This document shows positions 11,743-25,185 of a DNA stretch of 64,000 nt, in pieces. This stretch comes from Eledone cirrhosa (lineage: Eukaryota): assembly GCA_964016885.1 (NCBI GenBank), contig OZ024748.1, forward strand, positions 25,544,001-25,608,000, in the 5' to 3' direction. The notes beneath the pieces were generated by a model. It did no database searches. It saw only the letters and a list, made by a program, of their open reading frames with translations, and was not told the origin of the DNA. The position numbers were made by a program, and so were the translations under genes. Every line of letters starts with the position of its first letter. The first letter of the stretch is position 1.

Positions 11743-12386
11743 ATTAACCTGTGCAGGATAGCGTCCGTTTTATATTTTTTTATCCCGTTAGTAAAATAAG
11801 TTGGATTACTTTGAATAAATAATGAATGAATATTATGTAATTTATCTACTAAATTTCGTAACTCTTGATTAAACATAAATATTCTTATATATAAAGTATT
11901 GCTTATTTTAACATTCACTTCTTTAAAATTTTCAAATGTCAACACTTCCGGTTAGCGTCCGTTAAATCATAACACTTATCACATCGTTTATATATTTGCA
12001 TCGTTATGTAAGGTTTATATTTCTGTGGCTAATTTTCTCCTTTTTCATTTTCATAACATTTTAGTTTATCATATATGCAGTTTATATATAATATCATCTT
12101 TTTTTAATGTATCATGGATTACTTTACTGATTACCGAAGGGAGTGAAACACAGGCTTCGTTCAATTTCTGTGCATATTGTCAATTACGATTTTATTTGAC
12201 GTATCATATCTACATGTATATATATTTGCGTATAATATCAATATACACACTACACATGCTAGCAGAAAACCACCCAAACGGTGGTTTTTCTGCTGATTTA
12301 AATAAGAACCCTTGAAAATGGGTGATTTTGTTTCATAAAACTAGAGCTGGTTTTGGCTAGGTTTTATCCAAAATTAAAAGGGTTAA
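11743..12386. mobile_element. Probable TTAA-bounded non-autonomous DNA element adjoining a truncated SINE
   Basis: Starts TTAACC exactly where the SINE at 11650-11746 breaks off and ends GGGTTAA. Internal hairpin at 12260-12295. Confidence 0.4.
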
Positions 12387-12503
12387 AGCAAGAGTTGGAC
12401 TTGCAGGCCCCATGACAGGCTTCATAGTTGTTATGGCTGCCTTTTTTAAGGCAATGTTTTACAGCTGAATACATTATTGTGACTAGAAAATAGTAATGTT
12501 TAC

Positions 12504-12613
12504 CGTGAGAGCTGCAATACCATCAGTTAGTTGATTGACTCCATCTTGAAAGTCTTTCTTGCCAGACAAATATTTGAACCAGGAAGACACTTTAGGATAA
12601 TCCTTTTCCCACT
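12504..12613 (-). CDS. MARS1: MARS1 exon 6 (EWEKDYPKVSSWFKYLSGKKDFQDGV...)
   Basis: AG/GT bounded, phase 1 to 0. P.V..WF GST-C helix. Confidence 0.88.
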
Positions 12614-12935
12614 CTTAAATAAATAAATATTTCAATAAAATAGTCACTAAAAAGCATTTTAATCATAATAAAACAGTAATAAAATAAGTTTTAGTCATCA
12701 TGAAACAGTAATAAAACAGTTGTAGTCATCGTCATAAAACAGCAATAAAACAACAGTTTTCATCATCATCATAAGATAATTGTTTCTACTTTTGGCACAA
12801 GGCCAGCAATTACCCAGTACATTACTGGTACTTTATTTTATCGACCCCGTAAGGATGAAAGGCAAAGTTAACCTAGGCAAAAACAGCTTTAGTCATCATC
12901 ATAAAACAGTAACAAGATAACAGTTTTAGTCATAC

Positions 12936-13011
12936 CTTTAATAAAATCTGTTTGATTTAACACAGGATGCAATGTTGCCCAAACTGTGACATCAGCAGCA
13001 GTCATTTGGCC
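12936..13011 (-). CDS. MARS1: MARS1 exon 5 (GQMTAADVTVWATLHPVLNQTDFIK)
   Basis: AG/GT bounded. T.ADV..W..L.P GST-C motif. Confidence 0.9.
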
Positions 13012-13044
13012 CTAAAAAAAATATAATTATATATTTTTAGGTTG

Positions 13045-13990
13045 ACATTTTTCAGGCCAAGAGGTGGATCAAAAGACAATAAAGGTAGTTAGAGTAAGTA
13101 ATAGAATAGTTGTAGGCTACTAACAATTATCTCTACCCATGCTCCCCAAGCGGGCCTAGGTAAAGAAGAGGACTGCTTTTACGAGTAACTTCTAGAGACA
13201 ACCACAATGACAGAGACCTAGTTATACTAGCAGGTGACTTCAATGGTCATGTTGGACAGCTCCAGGATGGATACACTGGGGTACATGGTGGTCATGGTTA
13301 TGGCTCAAGAAACGAAGAAGGAATGAGGCTTCTTGAATTTTGTGATGCAAGTGAACTAACCATTTGCAACACTAATTTCAAGAAACCTACCAACCACCTA
13401 ATAACCTACCAATCAGGCGAGCACATAAGCCAGATTGACGTCTTGCTAGTTAGGCAACAAGACAGACAGATGGTTTCAAATAATAAGGCATATCCTGGGG
13501 AATAATGTACCCCCAACATAGGTTAGTCGTTAGTGACATCTCAATAATCAAGAGACAGAATGAGACACACAGGAAGGTGTGGAAAAGGAAGGTCTGGAAG
13601 CTAAAAGACCTTTCACTAAAATATAAATTTAGGAAAGCCCTTCAAGATGTGTTTGACGAGAAAGATGAATTAGAATTGTATGACATAGATGATAACTGGA
13701 AGTTCTTATGTGACAACTTACTGCAGAGACTTGTGGCTGGAGCAAAGCACCAACGAGACAGAGGGTGACCTGGCGGTGGAACAGCACAGTAGATAGAGCC
13801 ATTAAAGACAAAAGACAAGCATGGAAGGCTTGGAAAAATGGTGGGAGTAGAGACCGATACACAGCCACTAAAAGAAAGGCTAGACGTCAGGTATACTTAG
13901 CATGCAGGGAAGCTGAGAGTGGGAGGTTTGCCAATGTTCTGTGACATGCAGTGTTCCGCATTGCAAGGCAGTTTGTCAGTGCAAATCAGT
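13045..13990 (+). mobile_element. RTE LINE fragment, APE endonuclease region, in MARS1 intron 4
   Basis: AGDFNGHVG, LLEFCD...ICNT.F and SQID.LL motifs. The 3' end is homologous to 2921-3140. Confidence 0.88.
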
Positions 13991-14244
13991 AAAAGGTTAA
14001 GAGAATTAAAATGGATTAAAAATAAAATGAGCTAAGGGAAATAACTCAAATTGGTCAACGACATGAATTTCAATAATGTGGGTAAAAAGTTCCTAACTGA
14101 AATTACCATCTTCTTTGGAAACAATATATATATATATATGATATATGCTAGCAGAGAAAGCGGACGGTAAAACAACAAGGGTGATATATATGCTTATAAT
14201 ACGCTGCATTATATTTCATTTTTATGACTATTAAATGTCCTTAC

Positions 14245-14385
14245 TTTGACAAGGTTGTTACCACTTATCTTCAGTTTTTTCTCCATATATTTCAAGTGAG
14301 AGTGTAGTAAAGTCAAATTAGAACCAGTGTCTTCTTTAGAAACATTCTTCCCACTTGCTATTGACAGTATATCCTTCACAGTAGC
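14245..14385 (-). CDS. MARS1: MARS1 exon 4 (ATVKDILSIASGK...NNLVK)
   Basis: 141 nt open exon, ccag acceptor and gtaagg donor, phase 0/0. Confidence 0.85.
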
Positions 14386-14710
14386 CTGGAAATACAATGG
14401 AAAGAAACATTGCTACAATGTTAATCTAACATAAACAGCCTGGACAAATAGCACAAAGCATTTGTCCAATGCTCTATAGATTCTGCCAATATATTGCCTA
14501 TCATGCATAATAATAATTGTTTCTACTTTAGGCACAAAGCAAGCAAGTTTGGGGGAAAGGAAAGTCCGTTAACTTGAGCCCAGTGCGTTACTGGCACTTT
14601 ATTGTATCAACCCCGTAATGATGAAAAACAAAGCTAACCACGGCAGGATTTGAACCCAGAATATAAATGACTGTAACTATATGCTGGTGGTGCCATAAAT
14701 ACACCCAGTA

Positions 14711-17035
14711 ATGCTGGTGCCTCAATAAAAGGCATCCAGTCCACACTGTAAAGTGATAGTGCTGATGCTATGATAAAATGCAGTCAGTCTTCTCTGTAAG
14801 GTGGTAGTGCTGGTGCCTCAATAAAAGGCATCCAGTCCACATTGTAAAGTGATAGTGCTGATGCTATGATAAAATGCAGTCAGTCTTCTCTGTAAGGTGG
14901 TAGTGCTGGTGTCACAATAAAAGGCATCCAGTCCACACTGTAAAGTGATAGTGCTGATGCTATGATAAAATGCAGTCAGTCTTCTCTGTAAGGTGGTAGT
15001 GCTGGTGCCACAATAAAAGGCATCCAGTCCACACTGTAAAGTGATAGTGCTGATGCTATGATAAAATGCAGTCAGTCTTCTCTGTAAGGTGGTAGTGCTG
15101 GTGCCACAATAAAAGGCATCCAGTCCACATTGTAAAGTGATAGTGCTGATGCTATGATAAAATGCAGTCAGTCTTCTCTGTAAGGTGGTAGTGCTGGTGT
15201 CACAATAAAAGGCATCCAGTCCACACTGTAAAGTGATAGTGCTGATGCTATGATAAAATGCAGTCAGTCTTCTCTGTAAGGTGGTAGTGCTGGTGCCACA
15301 ATAAAAGGCATCCAGTCCACACTGTAAAGTGATAGTGCTGATGCTATGATAAAATGCAGTCAGTCTTCTCTGTAAGGTGGTAGTGCTGGTGCCACAATAA
15401 AAGGCATCCAGTCCACATTGTAAAGTGATAGTGCTGATGCTATGATAAAATGCAGTCAGTCTTCTCTGTAAGGTGGTAGTGCTGGTGTCACAATAAAAGG
15501 CATCCAGTCCACACTGTAAAGTGATAGTGCTGATGCTATGATAAAATGCAGTCAGTCTTCTCTGTAAGGTGGTAGTGCTGGTGCCACAATAAAAGGCATC
15601 CAGTCCACATTGTAAAGTGATAGTGCTGATGCTATGATAAAATGCAGTCAGTCTTCTCTGTAAGGTGGTAGTGCTGGTGCCACAATAAAAGGCATCCAGT
15701 CCACATTGTAAAGTGATAGTGCTGATGCTATGATAAAATGCAGTCAGTCTTCTCTGTAAGGTGGTAGTGCTGGTGTCACAATAAAAGGCATCCAGTCCAC
15801 ACTGTAAAGTGATAGTGCTGATGCTATGATAAAATGCAGTCAGTCTTCTCTGTAAGGTGGTAGTGCTGGTGCCACAATAAAAGGCATCCAGTCCACACTG
15901 TAAAGTGATAGTGCTGATGCTATGATAAAATGCAGTCAGTCTTCTCTGTAAGGTGGTAGTGCTGGTGCCACAATAAAAGGCATCCAGTCCACATTGTAAA
16001 GTGATAGTGCTGATGCTATGATAAAATGCAGTCAGTCTTCTCTGTAAGGTGGTAGTGCTGGTGTCACAATAAAAGGCATCCAGTCCACACTGTAAAGTGA
16101 TAGTGCTGATGCTATGATAAAATGCAGTCAGTCTTCTCTGTAAGGTGGTAGTGCTGGTGCCACAATAAAAGGCATCCAGTCCACATTGTAAAGTGATAGT
16201 GCTGATGCTATGATAAAATGCAGTCAGTCTTCTCTGTAAGGTGGTAGTGCTGGTGCCACAATAAAAGGCATCCAGTCCACATTGTAAAGTGATAGTGCTG
16301 ATGCTATGATAAAATGCAGTCAGTCTTCTCTGTAAGGTGGTAGTGCTGGTGCCACAATAAAAGGCATCCAGTCCACATTGTAAAGTGATAGTGCTGATGC
16401 TATGATAAAATGCAGTCAGTCTTCTCTGTAAGGTGGTAGTGCTGGTGTCACAATAAAAGGCATCCAGTCCACACTGTAAAGTGATAGTGCTGATGCTATG
16501 ATAAAATGCAGTCAGTCTTCTCTGTAAGGTGGTAGTGCTGGTGCCACAATAAAAGGCATCCAGTCCACATTGTAAAGTGATAGTGCTGATGCTATGATAA
16601 AATGCAGTCAGTCTTCTCTGTAAGGTGGTAGTGCTGGTGCCACAATAAAAGGCATCCAGTCCACACTGTAAAGTGATAGTGCTGATGCTATGATAAAATG
16701 CAGTCAGTCTTCTCTGTAAGGTGGTAGTGCTGGTGTCTCAATAAAAGGCATCCAGTCCACACTGTAAAGTGATAGTGCTGATGGCAGTCAGTCTTCTCTG
16801 TAAGGTGGTAGTGCTGGTATCACAATAAAAGGCATCCAGTCCACACTGTAAAGTGATAGTGCTGATGCTATGATAAAATGCAGTCAGTCTTCTCTGTAAG
16901 GTGGTAGTGCTGGTGTCACAATAAAAGGCATCCAGTCCACACTGTAAAGTGATAGTGCTGATGCTATGATAAAATGCAGTCAGTCTTCTCTGTAAGGTGG
17001 TAGTGCTGGTGTCAATAAAAGGCATCCAGTACACT
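14711..17035. repeat. 96-bp tandem array (about 24 units, dimer of ~48-mers) in MARS1 intron 3
   Basis: Period measured from ATAAAAGGCA at 14821, 14917 ... 15301. Confidence 0.97.
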
Positions 17036-17344
17036 CTGTGGTTGGTGCCATTAAAATTACAGCCAGTACACTCTTTAAGGTGGTTGCTATAAGGAAGGGC
17101 ATCCAGGCAGAGAAGCCATACCAATTGTGGAATGCAGGAGTGATATGAGATCGTTACATTCCATCTAGTGTCCAACCATAACAACTCACCTAACTCATCA
17201 GTGTAGAAGCTACAACAATGAACAACAACAAGCAGGGATTAACCTTGTAGGTCCCGTGACAGATTTCATACATATCAGGCCTACTTTTTGAAATAATATT
17301 TTACAGCTGGATGCCCTTCCAGGAACCAAGCCTTTTAGTTGTCT

Positions 17345-17628
17345 AAAGTCAGTCTCGTGCCTGGAAGCTCATCAGGCTGTTGTTTATCTCAGTTACTGTG
17401 GCGTTAAGCAACTGAAAGTACAAGACTCTAACCTGGACATGATGCCAGTCTACTACAGGGTTCTACTCCCACCCACTGCTGGTACTCATTTTCAGTTGAG
17501 TATACTGGATCAATGTGAAATGAAGTGAGTTGCTCAAGAACGCAACACACAACCTAGTCAAGGAATCAAACCCACAACGTTATGCTCGTAAGTCCAACAC
17601 ACTTACCACTAAGCCCACGCACCTCCAT
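17345..17628 (-). mobile_element. Older tRNA-derived SINE; related copy at 62365-62770
   Basis: Head GTGGGCTTAGTGG...GTTTGATTCC. The body TTGAGCAA...TTTCACATTG is shared with the SINE at 9608. Confidence 0.7.
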
Positions 17629-17694
17629 AGCCTTTTAGTTGCTTGCCTCTAACAAAAATGTGAACAGATGAAGGAATTCAAAATGATTATATAC

Positions 17695-17785
17695 CTGTAA
17701 TTGACAAGCCTCCCATTGAAGCCACATATCTACCTGGCTCTCAGTATTGGTATCATTTGATACAATATCTCCGCTGAGCAGATAT
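17695..17785 (-). CDS. MARS1: MARS1 exon 3 (YLLSGDIVSNDTNTESQVDMWLQWEACQLQ)
   Basis: AG/GT bounded, phase 2 to 0. D.WL.WEA..LQ motif of the MetRS GST-C domain. Confidence 0.9.
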
Positions 17786-18319
17786 CTGTGGAGGAGAAGA
17801 AAGTAGAGAATTAGTTTCCTTAATGAAACACATCATCATAATCTAAGGTCCGTTTTCCCAGCTAGTAACGGTTGGATGGGTTGTCACAGGCCAACTTAGT
17901 ACTTAATTCAGATAGGCTGGGGTCCCTCATTTCACTTACATATGTTCCCACACACGACAGAGTGTATTGGGAGCATGTTATCAAGATACCAGCACTAGGG
18001 AGGTTGACATGTCTTTGACACAACTGAACAGTCCTCCCAATCTTTTTTTTGGTAAGTGTTCTATGACTGGATACCCTTCCTATCACCAACCACTTTACAG
18101 AGTGTACTAGGTGCAACTATTGTGTGAAACACTATATTATATTAAATTTGCACTAACTCAATATAAAAAGATAAATCACAAATATCTTCATTAGAAATGG
18201 AATGGGCAGAAGAGAGTTCAATCTCAGTACATGGCACCATGACCATATCTAATGGAATTTGGTGGATGCAAACTGCAGAAGCCCATTGTGTGTATGTGTA
18301 TATCTTTCTCTGATATCAT

Positions 18320-19170
18320 CATTATTGTTTAATGTCTATTTTCCATGTTAGCATGGGTTAGACGGGTTGTCCAATTTGAGGCAAGTCAGGTCAGGTGACT
18401 GTGTCTTGCTCATACAGAACTTTTTGGTTTTTAAAGCTGGATACCCTTCCTAACGCCAACCACCTCTACAGTGAGTGCTGAGTGGTTTTTGTTGTGACAC
18501 CTACATGACCACTTTACAGTGAGGACTGGGTGACTATTATTGTGGCACTGTAATGACCACTTTACAGTGTAGGCTGGGGATTTGGGTGGGGGGAGTTGTA
18601 AAGGTGTGGGAGAAGGGTGAGGTGATTAAGATGTAGGTGGAGTGTTAGGCGTGGGAGGTATATGGACGGAGGGAGGGAAGATGGGCATTAAGTGGTGCAT
18701 ATTTGATGTATGCTTCAACCGCTGCGCATGAAAAGGCGGGTCTCCTATATTATTGCATAACCCCAAAGATCTCGATCCTGTGATTAAACACTTTGCTCAA
18801 TCCCCCATCCCACAACAAAGTGCCTTTGAGAGGTGCAATTGTGCAAAGTCAGCTTTTATCACCTCACCGTAAGTCTTCCTACTTCATAACTTCCATCAAC
18901 TTTGATCGTCCTGCATCTTTTTAAACAGCTGTCATCCTTCATACGCATTACATGCCCATACCAATGTAATCTCCTCTCTAGCAAACTGCATCTGATTCCT
19001 CTTATGCCTAGTTTCTCTCTCAGTTCATTTACACTTTGTCGTTTATGTATATTATTACTATTACACATCCATCGGAGCATGCAGGCTTCATTTCTTTCCA
19101 ATCTTTGCAGGTCCTCTGCCATATAACATTGCTGTTCATATACATGCATCATACAATCTGCCTTTCCTAA
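18320..19170 (-). mobile_element. RTE family-A-like 3' fragment with 3'UTR
   Basis: Encodes RLERNEACMLRWMC and RRLHWYGHVMRM. Confidence 0.85.
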
Positions 19171-19450
19171 AACTAACCAACATACAGGGTGTACTGGGTG
19201 CATTTGTTTTTATACCAACACTACCACTTGAATCTTTATAGAACAAACAAGGATATGTAAATGATATGAGAGGACTATAGTTGTGGGATGGAAGATTGAG
19301 CAAAGTGTTTAATGCAGGGTTGAAATGTGACACAAGAGAAAATACAGGTGTAGCAGGTAGTAGACAAGTTAAAAGGAAATTGTAACAATATAAGAGAAAA
19401 GGTAAAAAGAAGAAAAGAACATCTGTGAAACTTCAAAAGAAAAATATTAC

Positions 19451-19541
19451 CTGGCAGCTGAATTTGTTGAAAACAAGAAATCATCTTTAGCTAGTTCCAG
19501 GACTGGTAGTTGTGTTTTCGACAAATAAGGAACAATCCTTT
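19451..19541 (-). CDS. MARS1: MARS1 exon 2 (ERIVPYLSKTQLPVLELAKDDFLFSTNSAAR)
   Basis: AG/GT bounded, phases match neighbouring exons. GST-N-like LPVLEL...LFS.N.A motif. Confidence 0.88.
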
Positions 19542-19599
19542 CTGCAAAAAAAAAATAATATATTAGATTGGAAGTAAAATAAAATGACAACACAATAGG

Positions 19600-21555
19600 G
19601 ATAAATATATACAGTTGGGCAAAGCACTGACAAAAAGCCACACACATCTGCTTAGGATCGAGTATCATGCGCCTAGGCCACGTGCATTCACACAGCCTAT
19701 CTTGAGTGAGACCACGATCAATTTAGACGAGGAGAAAGTGGGAAAGGTCACTTACCTTAGATTTTGGAGAGGAAGGACAGTAGTTCCACCCTTCGGTGAA
19801 TTTTTTGGCTCAAGAGCCGAAATGTCTGTGTAGATTTGTTTGGAGATTGTTCCCCTGAATTCTCCAATCGAATCTGGGGATTTTGTTTTTAAATGTGTTT
19901 ATATTTTCTGTGTTATTTTTATTATTTGTATGTTTCCGAATAATGCTAGTTTTTCTGGTTTTGTAAAATTGTTTTGTGTGATTGTGGTGTTGTGTTGTAA
20001 TTAATTTAAGTTTTGTATTGTTTGAGTCAATTGCTATGTAGTGGGTGATGTCTGTATCTTTTTGTTGTTGCAGATGTGGGTTAGGTTTTGCTTGAGATAT
20101 TGTTTGTGTTGTGGTGATTGTTGAAGTGTTGGCTGTGTGGGGTGTTTGTGGTGATGGTGGGGATGTGGGTTTTTGGGGGGTGTTTTTACCCTTTGGCTTT
20201 TATAATTGTTTTAGCTCTTTCGCCCTCTTTTTTTGAGAACGAAGATGGAGAATTTTTCCGTTTTTTTTAATTTATTTTTGGGAGAACAGACTGTTTGTCA
20301 CTCGTCACCATGTGTACCATCGGGGAGTGGCATGTCCTCAATGGGTGTTGGTGTTGGTGATGTTGATGGTGACAGTTTTTTTCTGTGTTGGATTTGGCAG
20401 TGCTGGTGTTGCTGTTTTGTTTAAGGAACAGAGGTTTCTTTACGTTAGTTTTGAGTGAAGGGCAGAATTCTCTCAGGTGTTTTGTGGAGAGGCAGATATG
20501 ACATCTAGCTTTTCTCCCTTCAACTCTTATAGGTAATATTATACTGCCTGAAAGGTGTAGTTGTTCAGGGATGGCAACTACATTTTTTTTTTTGTGGTTT
20601 GTAGTAATATTTCCACTGCCATCCCCGACTAATTGTCCTTGCTTATTTGATAAACATCAAGGATTTTTGTGTTCTCCTTAATGTTTACCGTGACGGCAGC
20701 TAATAGCCAAGAAATGCCTATTTCCAGTGGTATTTGATTAATTTTAATTCTTACTAATCTCATTCCGCAGTAGAATGGGATGAGCAAAATTACCTCACTT
20801 TGTAGGGGCTTGAGGGAGTGAGATTTTTCCTCTTCTTCAGTATTAAATCTCACCTCCACTTTCCGTATTTTGGATCATTTCCAGAGGAATCTTGACACTC
20901 ACAATATGGCCATTCTTTTCATTGCTTTTTCTATTTCATCCTCAGAAAAGCTTACTTTTTTCAAGGATGACTTGATAGCACTGGCGAAAGAAATTTTCTA
21001 GGTGCTATTGTTCATTGTGGATGACGTTTCTTTGTTGTTGTTGTTGATGTTGTTGCTCCCACTGGGACTGTTGTTACTGTTATTGCTGTTTTCATTGTTA
21101 TTGTTTTTTTTCATTTTAGCAGTTATTTTCGTTGCTGTTGTTTTTGTTATCATTTACATTTTTATCGTTGTTTCTTTTCTTATTGGTGTTGTTGTTGTTG
21201 TTGTTGTTCCTGTCGGAACCACTTACATGTTTGGATTGTAAAACAATATCATTTAAAACAATATTGCTTTTTTCTGTTAAAATCTTTTATGAAGTTTCCA
21301 TTAAAAGAATGCTGTCTTGTCCAACTGTTGTCTTGTTCTCTCTCTCTGTAACTGATGTATTTTATAAAGGCAACACCCCATTAACAGGGGCTTCATATTT
21401 ATAAAAGTGACCCACTTGTGATAAGTGGGTTACTTGCTCTAAACTCTTATCAAGTTGAAAACTCAAATAAAAGGTTAGAGACAGTCAAAATAAATATAAA
21501 TAGTTAAAAGTTACCTGGAGGCAATATGTAGCATCGCTTGTCCTTCAGTAGTCAA
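19600..21555 (-). mobile_element. Internally deleted L1/Tx1-like element: decayed ORF1 plus the first codons of ORF2
   Basis: CCHC zinc knuckle CHICLSTKHLREFC at 20462-20503, preceded by RVEGRK. APE start motif LKIGCVNARGL at 19674-19706. Confidence 0.7.
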
Positions 21556-21571
21556 TAATGATAATAATAAT

Positions 21572-21750
21572 AATGTTTCTACTTTTGGCACAAGGCCAGC
21601 AATTACCTCAGTGCATTACTTTATTTTATCGACCCCGTAAGGATGAAAGGCAAAGTTAACCTCGGCGGGATTTGAACTCAGAATGGCAAGGGCCGTAACT
21701 ATGCGTCAAAGCATGGCGTCCGACCCTCTACTGATACTGCCAATCCACCG
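21572..21750 (-). mobile_element. Meta-core SINE
   Basis: Near-identical to 6680-6868. Confidence 0.8.
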
Positions 21751-22975
21751 TTTCTTTATTGACCACAAGGGTTGATACAAAGCATAACATTAAGGATAGG
21801 ACAGTCAAATGGGCGTTTCTGCGTGTAAAGACAAAAACAAAGGATGTAACAAAAAATGAAAACAAAGAAAAATTTCCCTATAGTGGGGAGACTTCCAAGG
21901 GTCACTCAAAAAGCCCACAAAAAACCATGGTGACCCTGACCATGAGGCCAAGTGCCCTCTCCCAGTTTTCTACCTCCAATTTACAGGTGCATACTCACAG
22001 CAGGCCCATTTACTCGGGCATGCTCTCTCACCCATCTTTCAACAAATTGCTGGGAAGGAAGCACTTCACTCTCCACCCTGATCTTCCTTTTCAAATGAAA
22101 TTTGAAAAAAGTTAATCAGGGCTTCGCCGAAGAGATAAGTGCTCATCTTTAGCCCTTTCAAACATGTCCACCACACAATCTCTTTCACCATGGCCTCCAG
22201 GAAGATAAAAACTGTCTGCCCTTCCCAGCTAAAGGAAGGTGGTGAGGCAATCTTCACAATGGACTCAGCTGATAACCAGATCCATCCCACATGTGACAGC
22301 AGGTATTCAACATAAACCCACAAATCAATAATGCTCAGACACTCAACAAGTGCATACAGGATGGTTTTATCACCCTGCACACACCTCAGACAGGTCCAGC
22401 TGATGGCAATTCCATGCCTGTAGAGATTAGCCCGAATTTTGTTTTTATTTGCAACTCTCACAAATGTGACACTGGGTTTTGCACTGCTGTTGCTGTTGTT
22501 TTTAGTACTGTTGCTGTAGCCGCTGCTGCTGCTATTGCTTAAGGTGTTGCTACTGGCTGCAATGTCACTGCTTTTACTGATGTTCAGGCCACTGCTACTG
22601 CTGTTGTTGTTGTTGTTGTTGTGGTGGTGGTGGTGGTGGTGGTGGTGTTTGCATTAAGTATGCTATTGCTTTTTGGTTTCTTTGAAAAGATATTTTGTGG
22701 TTCTTGCGGTGGTGGCAAAGGCATTAAATTTGGAAAATCACATTCACGAAATATGTGTGCTTTGGTGATAATAGTGTCTTTTAGCACAGCTGCTGCTACT
22801 GTTGTTGGTAGAGAAGTAGCAGTTCTGTTGATCAAACGAATCACTGTTCTCTTTTACGGATGAAATTTTGACATCCACCATGTTTGATTTTTTTTAAAGA
22901 AAAGATGTTTTTTTTTTTTAAAGTCGAGATATTTGGACCGAAGGCAATATATAGGGCTTTATTCACACTTTACAA
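21751..22975 (-). mobile_element. Second deleted L1/Tx1-like element: low-complexity ORF1 piece fused to the ORF2 C-terminal zinc finger and 3' tail
   Basis: RANLYRHG...TCLRC...TILYALVEC..I.DLW (zf-RVT-like). AATAAA near the 3' end at about 21755. Confidence 0.65.
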
Positions 22976-22994
22976 CCAAAATATTCTACAAATA

Positions 22995-23181
22995 ATTGTT
23001 TCTATTTTCGGCACAAGGCCAGCATTACCCAGTGCATTACTGATACTTTATTTTATCGACCCCGTAAGGATGAAAGGCAAAGTTAACCTTGGCGGGATTT
23101 GAACTCAGAAAGGCAAGGGCAGTAACTCCATGCGTCAAAGCATGGTGTCCGATCCTCTACCGATACTGCCAATTCACCGCC
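22995..23181 (-). mobile_element. Full-length Meta-core SINE with 15-bp TSD
   Basis: TATTCTACAAATAAT at 22982-22996 and 23184-23198. Confidence 0.85.
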
Positions 23182-23344
23182 ATTATTCTACAAATAATAA
23201 TTCCAAACAACATAAAACAACAAACCTTTTAGAGATCACAAATAATAATAATAATTGTTTCTACTTTTGGCACAAGGCCAGCAATTACCAGTACATTACT
23301 GGTACTTTATTTTATTGACCCTGTAAGGATGAAAGGCAAAGTTA

Positions 23345-23965
23345 ATCATTCTTTTTCACGCACTTATTTCTGAGAGGGTTGTGGGACGAGTCCTGAAACA
23401 CTCCTTCCAGTGGATCTTGTCGAGCAACCATCTCCAAGCAAGGCCAGGCAAGTTCATGGATGTTATCCAACCATCTTGCTTGGGATCTACCCCTCGGTCT
23501 CCTGCTGGTTGGTTTTGCCCATAAAATCTGTCTAGTAATTCTTTCCTGAGACATTCTAACCACATGCTCATAGTATCAGAGCTGTAATCTCTCAATTCAG
23601 AGAAAAAGTGATTCTACCTGGAATGAATCTCTTATTTCCGAGCTACGCACTCTATCGAGTAATGTTACTCCAAAGATTCTTCAGAAGAACCCCATTTCGG
23701 CTGCTTGTATTCGCTATCGTATTCTTTTGGGCATTACCCAAGATTCATGACCATAAGTAAGGGTTGGCACGAATACCAAATTGAAGATACCGAGTTTGGC
23801 TTTTACACCCACCTCCTTTCTGCTGATTACTGAATGATGAAGCTGGTGCATTACTGCACCAGCGCCAGCAATTCTTGCACTTAATTCAGCCTTCTGCCTT
23901 CCATCACTCATGAACACAGCTCCGAGATACTTGAACTTCTCTACCTGCCTCAGTGGAGTTCCAAA
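23345..23965 (-). mobile_element. RTE LINE 3' fragment (third family) abutting a truncated SINE
   Basis: FKYLG, PTLTYGHESW and RPRGR...W.D motifs. Confidence 0.85.
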
Positions 23966-25185
23966 ATTATAATTTCATGCAAGAACTTTTGTTAAGTTAG
24001 GTCCCAAAGACTAGTTTAATGATGAGAAAGTTAGTTATGTTACTAAATACTTCCAAATACTTCATTATTTTCAAAATTATTTGATAACTATCAGCAATGT
24101 CTTTCATTAGAAATATTGTAACGAAAAAGTTAAAAAGCAAATGTTATGTATTCAATAAACAGCTTTAATTATTAATTTTTCATGGTGACAAGATACATCA
24201 TTTATTTTCTCTTTTGTTGAGATACAATTTTATTTCTTTTTTCCTATTTCTACGCTCTCTTTCACTTTTATCTTCTTTTATGAGAGTTTAACTAACTGTC
24301 ATGTTTATCTACAAATGCTATGTCCATTTATGGTAGCTGGTTATTTACTGTATATACTCAAATATAAGCCAAGAAATATGTGACCAAAAATCGATGGTAG
24401 AGGGGGGAAGGGCTCATATTCAGGGTCAATATTTTGGCAAGTTTCACCAACTTCAAATTCTATGTAAATAAGAGTTGGATTTTTGCCCATTTCTCATACA
24501 TAAAATGGTGGGATCAGCTTATTTTCAAGCATGTACAGTATATATGATGTATTTAAGAGAGTTGTTATTCATAAACATATTTATAGCAGTTAACTGTTTA
24601 CAAATATATTTATAGCAGTTAACTGTTGTTTACAAATATATTTATAGCAGTTAACTGTTGTTTACAAATCATATGTTTATGGAAGTTAGATATTGTTTAC
24701 AAATAGTGTGTTTATGGAAGTTAGATAGTTTACAATATCTTATTTATGACAGCTGATTATTATTTACAAATGAAATGTTTATGACAGCTGATTATTGTTT
24801 ACAAATGCAATATTTCCTCTTCAAATCGATCCATATGTTATTTAACAGTAGCAATAACATAGCGGGATTTAAAATGTTATATTCAATACTACTGCTCATA
24901 CATCTGATACTCTTGACTAGCTCCAATAGAAATATTTTGAATTTGTCAGACTTATTGAAATTGGTGGATAATTAAATTCCTTGCTGCTATGGCATCGTGG
25001 CTGACACAATGCTGGAGTATTGGACAAACTGATTAGGTTGTCAGTTAATTCTATATTTTAAAGCCAGACAGACGATCTATGTATCTAAAAATAGCGAACT
25101 TCAACTTGTAACAAATTAAATAATAGACGATATAAGATAGAAACATAAACACTCAATACCTACCATTCAGTTATCCTTCCATTGC

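Noticed and set aside
14711-17035. CRISPR-like appearance of this array and the 28-bp array at 60100-61420
   Set aside because: No unique spacers, no cas genes and a eukaryotic intronic context. These are plain tandem repeats.
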